Virus record (IMG/VR): IMGVR_UViG_3300032282_005553
Location: 1-64,000 of that record
Length of the DNA stretch: 64,000 nt
Source of the DNA: a virus
Direction: 5' to 3' (one strand)
The notes beneath the pieces are model-generated. The model was not told the origin of the DNA, did no database searches, and saw only the letters and a program-made list of their open reading frames with translations. Positions 1-7,851 of the stretch are shown one piece after another (within the stretch, counting starts at the first letter, position 1; every line of letters starts with the position of its first letter). Made by a program: the position numbers and the translations under genes.

Positions 1-1
1 A

Positions 2-103
2 CACGTTGTACGTTCCATCGTAGTTACGATCTATGCGAAGTCCAACCTTAGCAGCGTACTTGGCGATGTTCTTCCGGATGGTAGCCGATTTGGGATTGCT
101 CAT
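2..103 (-). CDS. small hypothetical protein, runs off the window start (MSNPKSATIRKNIAKYAAKVGLRIDRNYDGTYNV...)
   Basis: Hand translation: ATG at 103 (minus), open to the window edge, purine-rich leader; co-oriented with 138..362. Confidence 0.55.
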   Translation of the reverse strand, partial: MSNPKSATIRKNIAKYAAKVGLRIDRNYDGTYNV

Positions 104-137
104 TTCTTTCTCTCTTTCTTGTGTCTCTATTCTATTA

Positions 138-362
138 TCATTCGCAAACGTTGTCAATCGCAAACTCTTCCACAACGTAACCCATTTCGTCGATTCGGAT
201 GAATCCGCCATCCTCACCGATTTCGATTTCGTTTCCGTTGCTACGAGCAAGATCCAGAAGATCCATTCCAAACGCCGCAACATTCACCAGCGTAGCAGAA
301 TCGGCACTGCTCAGGAAACCAACCAACTCGCTCATCGTGTTGAATATCATCATGTTTCTCAT
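138..362 (-). CDS. small acidic hypothetical protein (probable early gene)
   Basis: 74-aa ORF directly downstream of a strong sigma70-like promoter. Confidence 0.6.
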   Translation of the reverse strand: MRNMMIFNTMSELVGFLSSADSATLVNVAAFGMDLLDLARSNGNEIEIGEDGGFIRIDEMGYVVEEFAIDNVCE

Positions 363-368
363 ATCGAC

Positions 369-396
369 ATTATACCATCTTCTCTTTAATCGTCAA
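369..396 (-). promoter_or_regulatory. sigma70-type promoter TTGACG-N16-TATAAT with extended -10 (TG)
   Basis: Minus strand reads ttgacg attaaagagaagatgg tataat gtcgat ATG. Confidence 0.75.
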
Positions 397-434
397 CAAA
401 AAACTTTCCTTACAATGTCGAAAGATTATCTATA

Positions 435-450
435 AGCAAATTCTGTGCCA
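435..450 (-). promoter_or_regulatory. sigma54 (RpoN) -24/-12 promoter-like element
   Basis: Minus strand TGGCACAGAATTTGCT fits TGGCAC-N5-TTGCW with exact GG-N10-GC spacing. Confidence 0.6.
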
Positions 451-678
451 TAGAATATCTTATTTTTTTAAACAGAAGATCGTATCGATCATCATATTAG
501 TCGTAAGTCATTGTCACATAAGCATTTAGATCAAAAAAGAGCGAACATATTTGACGTAAACTCTTTACCCATCACAGGTTAGGGGGATTTTATGTTTTTC
601 GCTACCACCTTCGTATTTTGCCGTAAAAATGCCCGGAGGTTCATATGCGATAAGCACATTAAAATACAAATGTATCAC

Positions 679-1788
679 CTAAACATTCGTATTAGCCCTT
701 CGATTCTTATTGGCCCTCAGAATCTCAGGATACTTTTCTCTTAAACCCAGTTTCCTTTCCCAACTATAGATCATATAAGATACTTTTTCCCCACCCAATT
801 CACAGTTTCTATTCCATCGTGATTCATAGTGCTCACTTAGTTTAATTATATCAGCGCCACACTCTTTCCACTTATCCTCAAATTTCTTTGGAAAATCGCC
901 CCTTTTATCAAGAGCATTATCCTGATAGGTACCTTCTGCTAAATGATCCGCATTATAGCATCGCGGGTTATTACATTTGTGTCGTATTAATTCAGGATAT
1001 GTTCCGTGTTTTTCCCAAAAGGCCACCCTGTGCTTATAAAAATATTTACCATCTCCATTTTTTCTACGTAATGATTTGATAATCACCTTCATTCGAGCAT
1101 ATCCGCTCTTATGGACATTGCAGCTCTCTTTGCATCCCGTATTTTCATTGATTATAAAATGTTTAGCATATGCGTCCCTCTTAACAGCTTCCTCAAGCCA
1201 CGGACGCAAATTTTCTTCTTTATTGGAAGACCACGTATTTAACAAACATGACTCTGACCACATTTTTATATGAGCAGCCTCTTTCTGCATTATTTCATTA
1301 GATTCACAACGCTCTATAATAGCACACTTAACAGAGTAATTATTTTTATCATACCATTCCTGCATATTCTTAGAGCGATGATCCTTTTTTGCCAAATGAT
1401 ACATATGGTCTTGTAGTCTTTTTTTAATATTTATACTTGCACCAATATATACTTTAATATTATTGACTTTTATATTTCTTTCAAGATTATTCTTGTCATA
1501 GTTCCACAAGAAATAGATAACATAAATTCCACAAATATTTGAGTCTAAACTATCTATATTTTCTATATGTTCCCAAGACTTAACAACTGATGGGTCTATT
1601 CTTGACTTTATGCCCCTAATTTTAAACATTGATGACATATAAGACTTAGTGACATTATATTTATCTAGTAATGTTTTTGTAGAGTATCCATCTTCATAAT
1701 CCTTTATTAAATTTCTTTCATCAATTCCATTTAATATAGTTTTTACTTTTCTCTTCTGCTTGTCCTTTGATCCTTTTGGTCGCCCCAC
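679..1788 (-). CDS. free-standing homing endonuclease-like protein with GIY-YIG and HNH domains
   Basis: CGIYVI...VYIGASINIKKRLQDH (GIY-YIG); HRVAF...IRHKCNNPRCYNADHLAEGTYQDN (HNH/His-Me finger); basic N-terminus GRPKGSKDK. Confidence 0.8.
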   Translation of the reverse strand: MGRPKGSKDKQKRKVKTILNGIDERNLIKDYEDGYSTKTLLDKYNVTKSYMSSMFKIRGIKSRIDPSVVKSWEHIENIDSLDSNICGIYVIYFLWNYDKNNLERNIKVNNIKVYIGASINIKKRLQDHMYHLAKKDHRSKNMQEWYDKNNYSVKCAIIERCESNEIMQKEAAHIKMWSESCLLNTWSSNKEENLRPWLEEAVKRDAYAKHFIINENTGCKESCNVHKSGYARMKVIIKSLRRKNGDGKYFYKHRVAFWEKHGTYPELIRHKCNNPRCYNADHLAEGTYQDNALDKRGDFPKKFEDKWKECGADIIKLSEHYESRWNRNCELGGEKVSYMIYSWERKLGLREKYPEILRANKNRRANTNV

Positions 1789-1790
1789 AA

Positions 1791-2087
1791 TTAATACCTA
1801 TAATGATAGTACGGAATATAATAGTTACTGTTAAAACAACATCTGTGATAGTTCACAGGAACAGCAACAGGATAATACGTATTATACTGAGGAACCACAA
1901 CTATCGGCACCGGAACAATTTTTACCACAGGAACCCAAACTGTTTGATTTACAACTGTCGTTACAGGAACCAATGATGTTGTAGCATACTGAACATTTTG
2001 AGGCTGATATTCTACCACCACATTTTGACCGTAAACCCCACAGCAAAATAACATAACCATCATACACACCACACCTTTGCATAACAT
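1791..2087 (-). CDS. small secreted-type Val/Pro/Tyr-rich protein
   Basis: Start moved to ATG 2087 (AAGGA RBS upstream; the longer start overlaps a terminator); hydrophobic signal-like N-terminus then low-complexity V/P/Y tract. Confidence 0.6.
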   Translation of the reverse strand: MLCKGVVCMMVMLFCCGVYGQNVVVEYQPQNVQYATTSLVPVTTVVNQTVWVPVVKIVPVPIVVVPQYNTYYPVAVPVNYHRCCFNSNYYIPYYHYRY

Positions 2088-2113
2088 ATAAAGTTTCCTT
2101 TTTAATAAAGTAT

Positions 2114-2144
2114 AAATAAAAATAGCAAGCATTTCTGCTTGCTA
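2114..2144 (-). terminator. intrinsic terminator
   Basis: 9-bp stem TAGCAAGCA-GAAA-TGCTTGCTA followed by a T-rich run on the minus strand. Confidence 0.7.
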
Positions 2145-2174
2145 CTTCTATATAAAAAAATCACACCATAAACA

Positions 2175-2402
2175 TCATACAGTAACTGACTCTCCGCTAC
2201 TTTCAATAGGCTTATTTTTGCAAGGACGTCCCCTTGGTTTCTTTAGTGTAAGTTTTCGCCTCTGACGACGCACCATTGCTGTACTAATATTTTGTCCTGT
2301 AATTTGACTTAGTTTAACTGCTATAGTTTCATCAGGCATAGACAAATGGTTATCTTTGATGAAACTGATTTCCGAATCGTTCCATTTCTTATAAGTGGCC
2401 AT
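2175..2402 (-). CDS. small HTH (Myb/GcrA-like) DNA-binding protein with AT-hook-like tail
   Basis: KKWNDSEISFIKDN...DETIAVKL...AMVRRQRRKL; KPRGRP; GAGGA RBS. Confidence 0.65.
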   Translation of the reverse strand: MATYKKWNDSEISFIKDNHLSMPDETIAVKLSQITGQNISTAMVRRQRRKLTLKKPRGRPCKNKPIESSGESVTV

Positions 2403-2428
2403 AAATATCCTCGTTAAAGTTGACTAAT

Positions 2429-2443
2429 GTGTACCTAACAGTA
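2429..2443 (+). promoter_or_regulatory. putative late promoter GTGTA-N8-TA
   Basis: GTGTA cctaacag TA upstream of the sigma-factor operon; motif recurs before structural genes. Confidence 0.45.
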
Positions 2444-2482
2444 TTATAGTAATAGTTGACCTCTTTTGTGCAAGGAAAAAAA

Positions 2483-2641
2483 ATGACTAATATAGAATTA
2501 AATTTAGCCAATTCTGAGTTGGTAGTAAAAGCATCAGGAAGTTTTGATTGTAGCAAAGATCTGGAATTACCACAAGGAAAAAGTATAGCTGAATTATTAT
2601 ATGACCAAAAAAAAGAACACAAAAAAAATACCCCAGAATAA
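2483..2641 (+). CDS. small hypothetical protein
   Basis: AAGGA RBS then ATG at 2483; overlaps the sigma gene start. Confidence 0.5.
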   Translation: MTNIELNLANSELVVKASGSFDCSKDLELPQGKSIAELLYDQKKEHKKNTPE

Positions 2642-3266
2642 ATCATCTTCTTTACCCAATGGAGTAACTGAAGAAGAATTTCTCAAAGTTTTAGACGATA
2701 TTAGTAAAAGATTAGGCCATAAATTTAAATTTGGCTATCATGATTTTGATGACATGAAACAACAGGCTGCTATTTTCGCCCTAGAAGGCTTGGAAAAATA
2801 TGACAATAGTCGCCCTCTTGAAAATTTCCTATGGACCCACGTTCGTAATCGTTTATTCAATTATAAAAGAGACAATTACCAGCGCCCCGATAAACCATGC
2901 TTGAGTTGTCCACTTTACGACCCTCACTGCAAAAAATCCATTAGTGGATGTACTGATTTTCAGAACAAAAGTGACTGTGAACTATATGCTGCTTGGGAAA
3001 GTAGAAATAATAGTAAGAAAAATATTATGAAACCTATTGGTATAGAAGATAGCGAAGACTATGGATCAAAACATCACACCAAAGGAGATATTAGTGATTT
3101 AGCCCTAAATAAAGAGATAATTGGCCTATTAGATGAAAAAATGCCCGCCGCCCACAGAGAATCATATCTCAAATTAAAATATGGCGAAAAACTTAATAAG
3201 AGTGATCTTAACAGATTAATTTCAACCATTAAGGAAATAATCAATGACGCAAATCTCTCAGAATAA
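2601..3266 (+). CDS. phage-encoded RNA polymerase sigma factor (sigma70 region 2-like) with Cys-rich insert
   Basis: DDMKQQAAIFALEGLEKYDNSRPLENFLWTHVRNRLFNYKRD resembles sigma region 2; CLSC...C...C...C cluster follows. Confidence 0.75.
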   Translation: MTKKKNTKKIPQNKSSSLPNGVTEEEFLKVLDDISKRLGHKFKFGYHDFDDMKQQAAIFALEGLEKYDNSRPLENFLWTHVRNRLFNYKRDNYQRPDKPCLSCPLYDPHCKKSISGCTDFQNKSDCELYAAWESRNNSKKNIMKPIGIEDSEDYGSKHHTKGDISDLALNKEIIGLLDEKMPAAHRESYLKLKYGEKLNKSDLNRLISTIKEIINDANLSE

Positions 3267-4077
3267 CAAAGGCCCCAGAAAGAGAGGCCAGCTAAGTTTG
3301 GAAGAAGAGAAGTATATCAGAGAACATATATCTTCACTAACAATTGACCAAATTTCCACAAACCTTAACCGTTCTTCTGCACCAATAGAACGCTACGCAT
3401 TAGAAAACGATCTTTTAATAAAAGACTACGATACCAATGATGACAAATATTTACGAAATAAATTACACAAAAAGAATTTTTGGACCGAAATTGAACGACA
3501 GTTTGATAGTAATAGCGGCGAATTAGAATACTTTGAAAATGTGTGGATAAATTTAATCAAACAATTTCGAGAAGATGTTCTTCCTGCCGAAGAACTACAG
3601 ATTAAACAATTTATTACTATTGATATTCTTATTAATCGAAGCATGAAAGAGCGTAAACGTCATATTGCAGAAACAGACAAGTTACAAAAGTTAGTGGACA
3701 AAGAATATGAAAAGCCAGAAGACACACGAGACATTCCAAAACTTGCTAATTTAGAAACTCAATTAAGTTTTGCGCGAAATAGCATAGCTAATTATACTAA
3801 TGAATATACTAAATTACTTAATGAACAGCAAAAAATAAGCAAAGACTTAAAGGCCACGCGAGAACAGCGCATCAAAAGAATAGAAGACGGCAAAAGTAGC
3901 TGGACAGGACTAATACGAATGTTAGAAGACGAAGAAATAAGAGAAAAAGAAGGAAAAGAAATGGAAATATTAGCATTAGCTACTGAAAAAATAAAAGAAA
4001 AACTACACAGTTACCATAATTATGCTGATAATACTGTGGATCAGCCATTTTTAACACCAGATAGTATCAAGGAATAG
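3244..4077 (+). CDS. coiled-coil protein with N-terminal HTH, possible terminase small subunit
   Basis: HTH-like LTIDQISTNLNRSSAPIERY plus helical body; position upstream of the packaging genes. Confidence 0.4.
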   Translation: MTQISQNNKGPRKRGQLSLEEEKYIREHISSLTIDQISTNLNRSSAPIERYALENDLLIKDYDTNDDKYLRNKLHKKNFWTEIERQFDSNSGELEYFENVWINLIKQFREDVLPAEELQIKQFITIDILINRSMKERKRHIAETDKLQKLVDKEYEKPEDTRDIPKLANLETQLSFARNSIANYTNEYTKLLNEQQKISKDLKATREQRIKRIEDGKSSWTGLIRMLEDEEIREKEGKEMEILALATEKIKEKLHSYHNYADNTVDQPFLTPDSIKE

Positions 4078-4079
4078 CT

Positions 4080-5057
4080 ATGAAAACAGCATTAGTAACA
4101 GGAGTAACAGGTCAAGACGGGAGTTATTTGTGTGATCTGTTGCTAGACAAAGAATACTCTGTGGTGGGACTATACAGACGCTCCAGCAATAACAACTTTG
4201 AGCGAATCAAACATCTTTTAGATCATCCTCGTTTATCCCTAGAAGAATTTGATTTAACCGATCCTAACGGCATTAACACCACTTTACGCAAACATCAGCC
4301 TGATGAATTTTATAATCTGGCTGCTCAGAGTCATGTTGGCACCAGTTTCAAACAGCCAATAACAACTTTTGAAATTGATGCTGTAGGAGTAATTAATTTA
4401 CTAGAAGCTATCAAAAATTATAGTCCATTAACCAGATTCTATCAAGCTGGTACTAGCGAAATGTTTGGGCGAAACTTTGACACCAAAGATGGACACAAAT
4501 ACCAGAGCGAGATGACCAAGATGCTTCCTCAGAGTCCATACGGAGTGGCTAAATTATCAGCTTATCATATGGTACAAATTTATCGATCAGCATATAATTT
4601 ATATTGTTGCTGTGGAATACTTTTTAATCACGAAAGTCCACGACGCGGAGAATGTTTTGTAACACGTAAAATTACAAAATATATAGGTGACTTAATCAAA
4701 AATAAAAATAAGGGGCTCCTTGAACTAGGTAATCTTGACGCTCATAGAGATTGGGGACATGCTAAAGATTATGTTTATGGAATGTACTTAATGTTGCAAC
4801 AAGCTAATGCTGACGACTATGTTTTGTCAACAGGAGAGACACATAGCGTAAAAGAATTTTTAATAGCAGCATTTAATTCTGTAGATCTAGATTATAATAA
4901 GTATACTGTTATTAATGAAAATTTATTTAGGCCAGCAGAAGTAGACTATTTGAGAGGAGATTCGTCAAAAGCTAGAGAAAAATTAGGATGGGCTCCTACC
5001 TACACATTCGATACTCTAGTAAAAGACATGATAAATAGTGATTGTTATGGTTCGTAA
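4080..5057 (+). CDS. gmd: GDP-mannose 4,6-dehydratase
   Basis: ALVTGVTGQDGSYL, YNLAAQSHV, SPYGVAK, GILFNHESPRRG, FVTRKIT, RDWGHAKDYV, RPAEVDYLRGD. Confidence 0.95.
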   Translation: MKTALVTGVTGQDGSYLCDLLLDKEYSVVGLYRRSSNNNFERIKHLLDHPRLSLEEFDLTDPNGINTTLRKHQPDEFYNLAAQSHVGTSFKQPITTFEIDAVGVINLLEAIKNYSPLTRFYQAGTSEMFGRNFDTKDGHKYQSEMTKMLPQSPYGVAKLSAYHMVQIYRSAYNLYCCCGILFNHESPRRGECFVTRKITKYIGDLIKNKNKGLLELGNLDAHRDWGHAKDYVYGMYLMLQQANADDYVLSTGETHSVKEFLIAAFNSVDLDYNKYTVINENLFRPAEVDYLRGDSSKAREKLGWAPTYTFDTLVKDMINSDCYGS

Positions 5058-5322
5058 TTTTGATGATCCATTATACAAGAAATGGAGAAAAGAAGTATAT
5101 AAAAGAGACAACTTCAAATGCCAATGGCCTGGATGTAATGTTGGTAAAAAATTGAATGCTCATCATATTAAAACTTGGAGTGAATATCCCGGATTGCGAT
5201 TTTGTGTAGAGAATGGTATAACTTTGTGCTATTATCATCACAAAATGATCAAGGGTCTAGAGCATTTATATGAAGCAGTATTTTTGAAAATTATAGCTAA
5301 TAAAAGGTCTTCAAATGAGTAA
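5047..5322 (+). CDS. HNH endonuclease (packaging-associated type)
   Basis: KRDNFKCQWPGC...LNAHHIK...NGITLCYYHH. Confidence 0.85.
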   Translation: MVRNFDDPLYKKWRKEVYKRDNFKCQWPGCNVGKKLNAHHIKTWSEYPGLRFCVENGITLCYYHHKMIKGLEHLYEAVFLKIIANKRSSNE

Positions 5323-5788
5323 TTACGATGATTTTATCATAATTGTTGATACCAGAGAACAACAGCCATGGTCATTTGATCATTACACAAAGGCTAATAA
5401 AAAATTAGATACTGGGGATTACAGCATAGAAGGTCTAGAAACAATTTTAGCTATAGAAAGAAAAAAGAGCTCTAGTGAATTTGCCAATAATATAACAGAA
5501 AGTCGTTTCAAAGATGTTGTTGAGCGACTAAGTCATGTTAAATATGCATTTTTACTATTAGAATTTGATTTAGAAGATATCTTAATTTATCCTGTCGGAA
5601 GTAACGTTCCTAAAAGGCTATGGGATAAAATTAAAATCTCTCCAGCATTTATTATGAAACATATTTTAGAACTACAAATTAATCATAATATAAAAATAGT
5701 ATTTTGCGGAGATAGTAGTAATGCTGAAAAAATGGCAGAATATATTTTAAAAAAGGTAAATTACATTGAGCGAATCCAGAAAAAATAA
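5315..5788 (+). CDS. ERCC4-domain structure-specific nuclease
   Basis: VDTREQ, LDTGDYS, AIERK motifs. Confidence 0.85.
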   Translation: MSNYDDFIIIVDTREQQPWSFDHYTKANKKLDTGDYSIEGLETILAIERKKSSSEFANNITESRFKDVVERLSHVKYAFLLLEFDLEDILIYPVGSNVPKRLWDKIKISPAFIMKHILELQINHNIKIVFCGDSSNAEKMAEYILKKVNYIERIQKK

Positions 5789-7793
5789 TTTTGATGACGC
5801 ATGGCTAGGTCTGGGTGACTTAGACTCTATCACCATATCTCGCAATCCTATGATCCATAGGCCAGAGATAGATATTGAAAATCCTGATTTGCATCTTATT
5901 AGATTATTTAAAGATCCAAAATATATTGGCAGCATGGTAAAAATGTTATTCAATATAGAATTACATCCCATACAAATTGCTATTCTTCAAGAATTTTGGA
6001 TACGAGCTTTTCCAATGTATATTGCTAGTCGTGGTTGGGGTAAAAGTTTTTTGTTAGCTCTGTATTGTATTATTAAGTGCACATTTTGTCCCGGAACTAA
6101 AATAGTTGTCGTAGGTGCTGCATTTCGTCAGAGTAAAATCATTTTTGAATATATGGAAACTATTTGGAGAAATAGTCCTATATTACGAAGTATATTTAAT
6201 GGAAACGATGATGGTCCACGACGAGACGTTGATCGATGTACGATGAGATTAGGAGATAGTTGGACCATAGCTATTCCAATGGGTGATGGTAGCAAAATTA
6301 GAGGATTACGTGCTCATATTATTATTGCTGACGAATTTGCGTCTATATCACCAGATATTTATGAAACAGTAGTATTAGGATTCGCTTCTGTTAGCGCTAG
6401 TCCAATACAGAATGTTAAAGAAGAAGCCAAAAAACAAGCAATGATTGAAGCGGGCATTTGGAATGATGAACTTGAAGCTTTAGAATATAAAATGGGTAAT
6501 CAGGCTATTATTAGTGGTACAGCAGATTATGACTTCAAACATTTTGCTAGTTATTGGAAACGATACAAATCTATAATAGAAAGCAAAGGAAACAGAAATA
6601 AACTAGAAGAAATTTTTAAAGGCGAAGTTCCTGATAATTTTAATTGGAAAGATTACAGTATTATTCGTATTCCTTATGAACTTATTCCAAAAGGATTCAT
6701 GGATGATAAACAAGTTAGTAGAGCTAAAGCTACTATCCATACTGGAATATATAATATGGAATATGCCGCATGTTTCGTAAAAGACAGCGAAGGTTTCTTT
6801 AGGCGTAGTCTAATAGAAAATTGTGTAACATCAGATCAAAACCCTATAACTGTTAATGATAAAGTTATAACATTTGATGCCACAACCAGAGGTAATGCAA
6901 ACTCTCAGTATGTATACGGTATAGACCCTGCTAGTGAACAGGATAATTTCAGTATAGTTATACTAGAAGTATTTCCTGATCATAGAAGAATAGTATATTG
7001 CTGGACTACTAATCGTAATAATTTTAAAGAAAGACTAAAAACTGGTCTTGTGCAAGATCATGATTTTTATGGTTTTTGTACAAGAAAAATAAGAAACCTT
7101 ATGAAAATATTTCCATGTGCCAGAATAGGATTGGATGCTCAAGGAGGAGGTGTTGCTATTGAAGAAGCACTACACGACCCATCAAAACTAGAAGAGGGTG
7201 AAAACCTCATATGGCCCATCATAGATTACGACAAGTCTAAGGACACAGATAGTCAATCCGGACTACACATTATTGAACTAGTACAATTTGCCAAAGCAGA
7301 TTGGACAAGTCAGGCCAACCATGGACTAAGAAAAGATCTAGAAGATAAAATTTTATTATTTCCTCGTTTCGATAATTTAACTCTAGGTTTAGCACTAGAC
7401 AAAGAAGGTAAAGATATTTTAACAGGAGATTTAAATCCTATATATGACAGTTTAAGCGAATGTATATTAGAGATAGAAGAATTAAAAAATGAATTAACAA
7501 CCATAGTAATGACACAAACAAGCACAGGATCAGGGGCTAGAGATCGCTGGGATACCCCAGAAGTGAAATTACAAAATGGTAAAAAGGGAAGATTAAGAAA
7601 AGACCGATATAGCTCATTAGTAATAGCAAATATGTTAGCAAGACAAATGACTAGAACATTACAGCCAATAGAGTATGATGTAGTAGGGGATAATCGAATT
7701 AATGTTGTCAAACACGATGGCGCACTATACAAAGGGCCAGAATGGTTTACTACTGGGGCAAATGACTCTGATTATCTAGGCATTTACAAGTAA
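5766..7793 (+). CDS. terL: terminase large subunit
   Basis: Walker A ASRGWGKS, Walker B IIIADEF, RNaseH-like YVYGIDPA and KDRYSS; directly upstream of portal; TTG start. Confidence 0.9.
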   Translation: MSESRKNNFDDAWLGLGDLDSITISRNPMIHRPEIDIENPDLHLIRLFKDPKYIGSMVKMLFNIELHPIQIAILQEFWIRAFPMYIASRGWGKSFLLALYCIIKCTFCPGTKIVVVGAAFRQSKIIFEYMETIWRNSPILRSIFNGNDDGPRRDVDRCTMRLGDSWTIAIPMGDGSKIRGLRAHIIIADEFASISPDIYETVVLGFASVSASPIQNVKEEAKKQAMIEAGIWNDELEALEYKMGNQAIISGTADYDFKHFASYWKRYKSIIESKGNRNKLEEIFKGEVPDNFNWKDYSIIRIPYELIPKGFMDDKQVSRAKATIHTGIYNMEYAACFVKDSEGFFRRSLIENCVTSDQNPITVNDKVITFDATTRGNANSQYVYGIDPASEQDNFSIVILEVFPDHRRIVYCWTTNRNNFKERLKTGLVQDHDFYGFCTRKIRNLMKIFPCARIGLDAQGGGVAIEEALHDPSKLEEGENLIWPIIDYDKSKDTDSQSGLHIIELVQFAKADWTSQANHGLRKDLEDKILLFPRFDNLTLGLALDKEGKDILTGDLNPIYDSLSECILEIEELKNELTTIVMTQTSTGSGARDRWDTPEVKLQNGKKGRLRKDRYSSLVIANMLARQMTRTLQPIEYDVVGDNRINVVKHDGALYKGPEWFTTGANDSDYLGIYK

Positions 7794-7796
7794 AAT

Positions 7797-7811
7797 GTGT
7801 ATAAAATTTAA
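7797..7811 (+). promoter_or_regulatory. putative late promoter (GTGTA motif)
   Basis: GTGTATAAAATTTAA in the terL-portal gap. Confidence 0.45.
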
Positions 7812-7851
7812 CAATTGTATTATAATAGCATTGTAATTATATTAAAAAAAT

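Noticed and set aside
33-435. Plus-strand ORFs 33..389 and 199..435
   Set aside because: They are antisense to two minus-strand genes that have a clear promoter, and their composition is implausible.
5766-7793. Intein or intron in the 675-aa terminase
   Set aside because: No C-x...HN-(C/S/T) splice junctions or LAGLIDADG motifs are evident; ATPase and nuclease motifs are contiguous.
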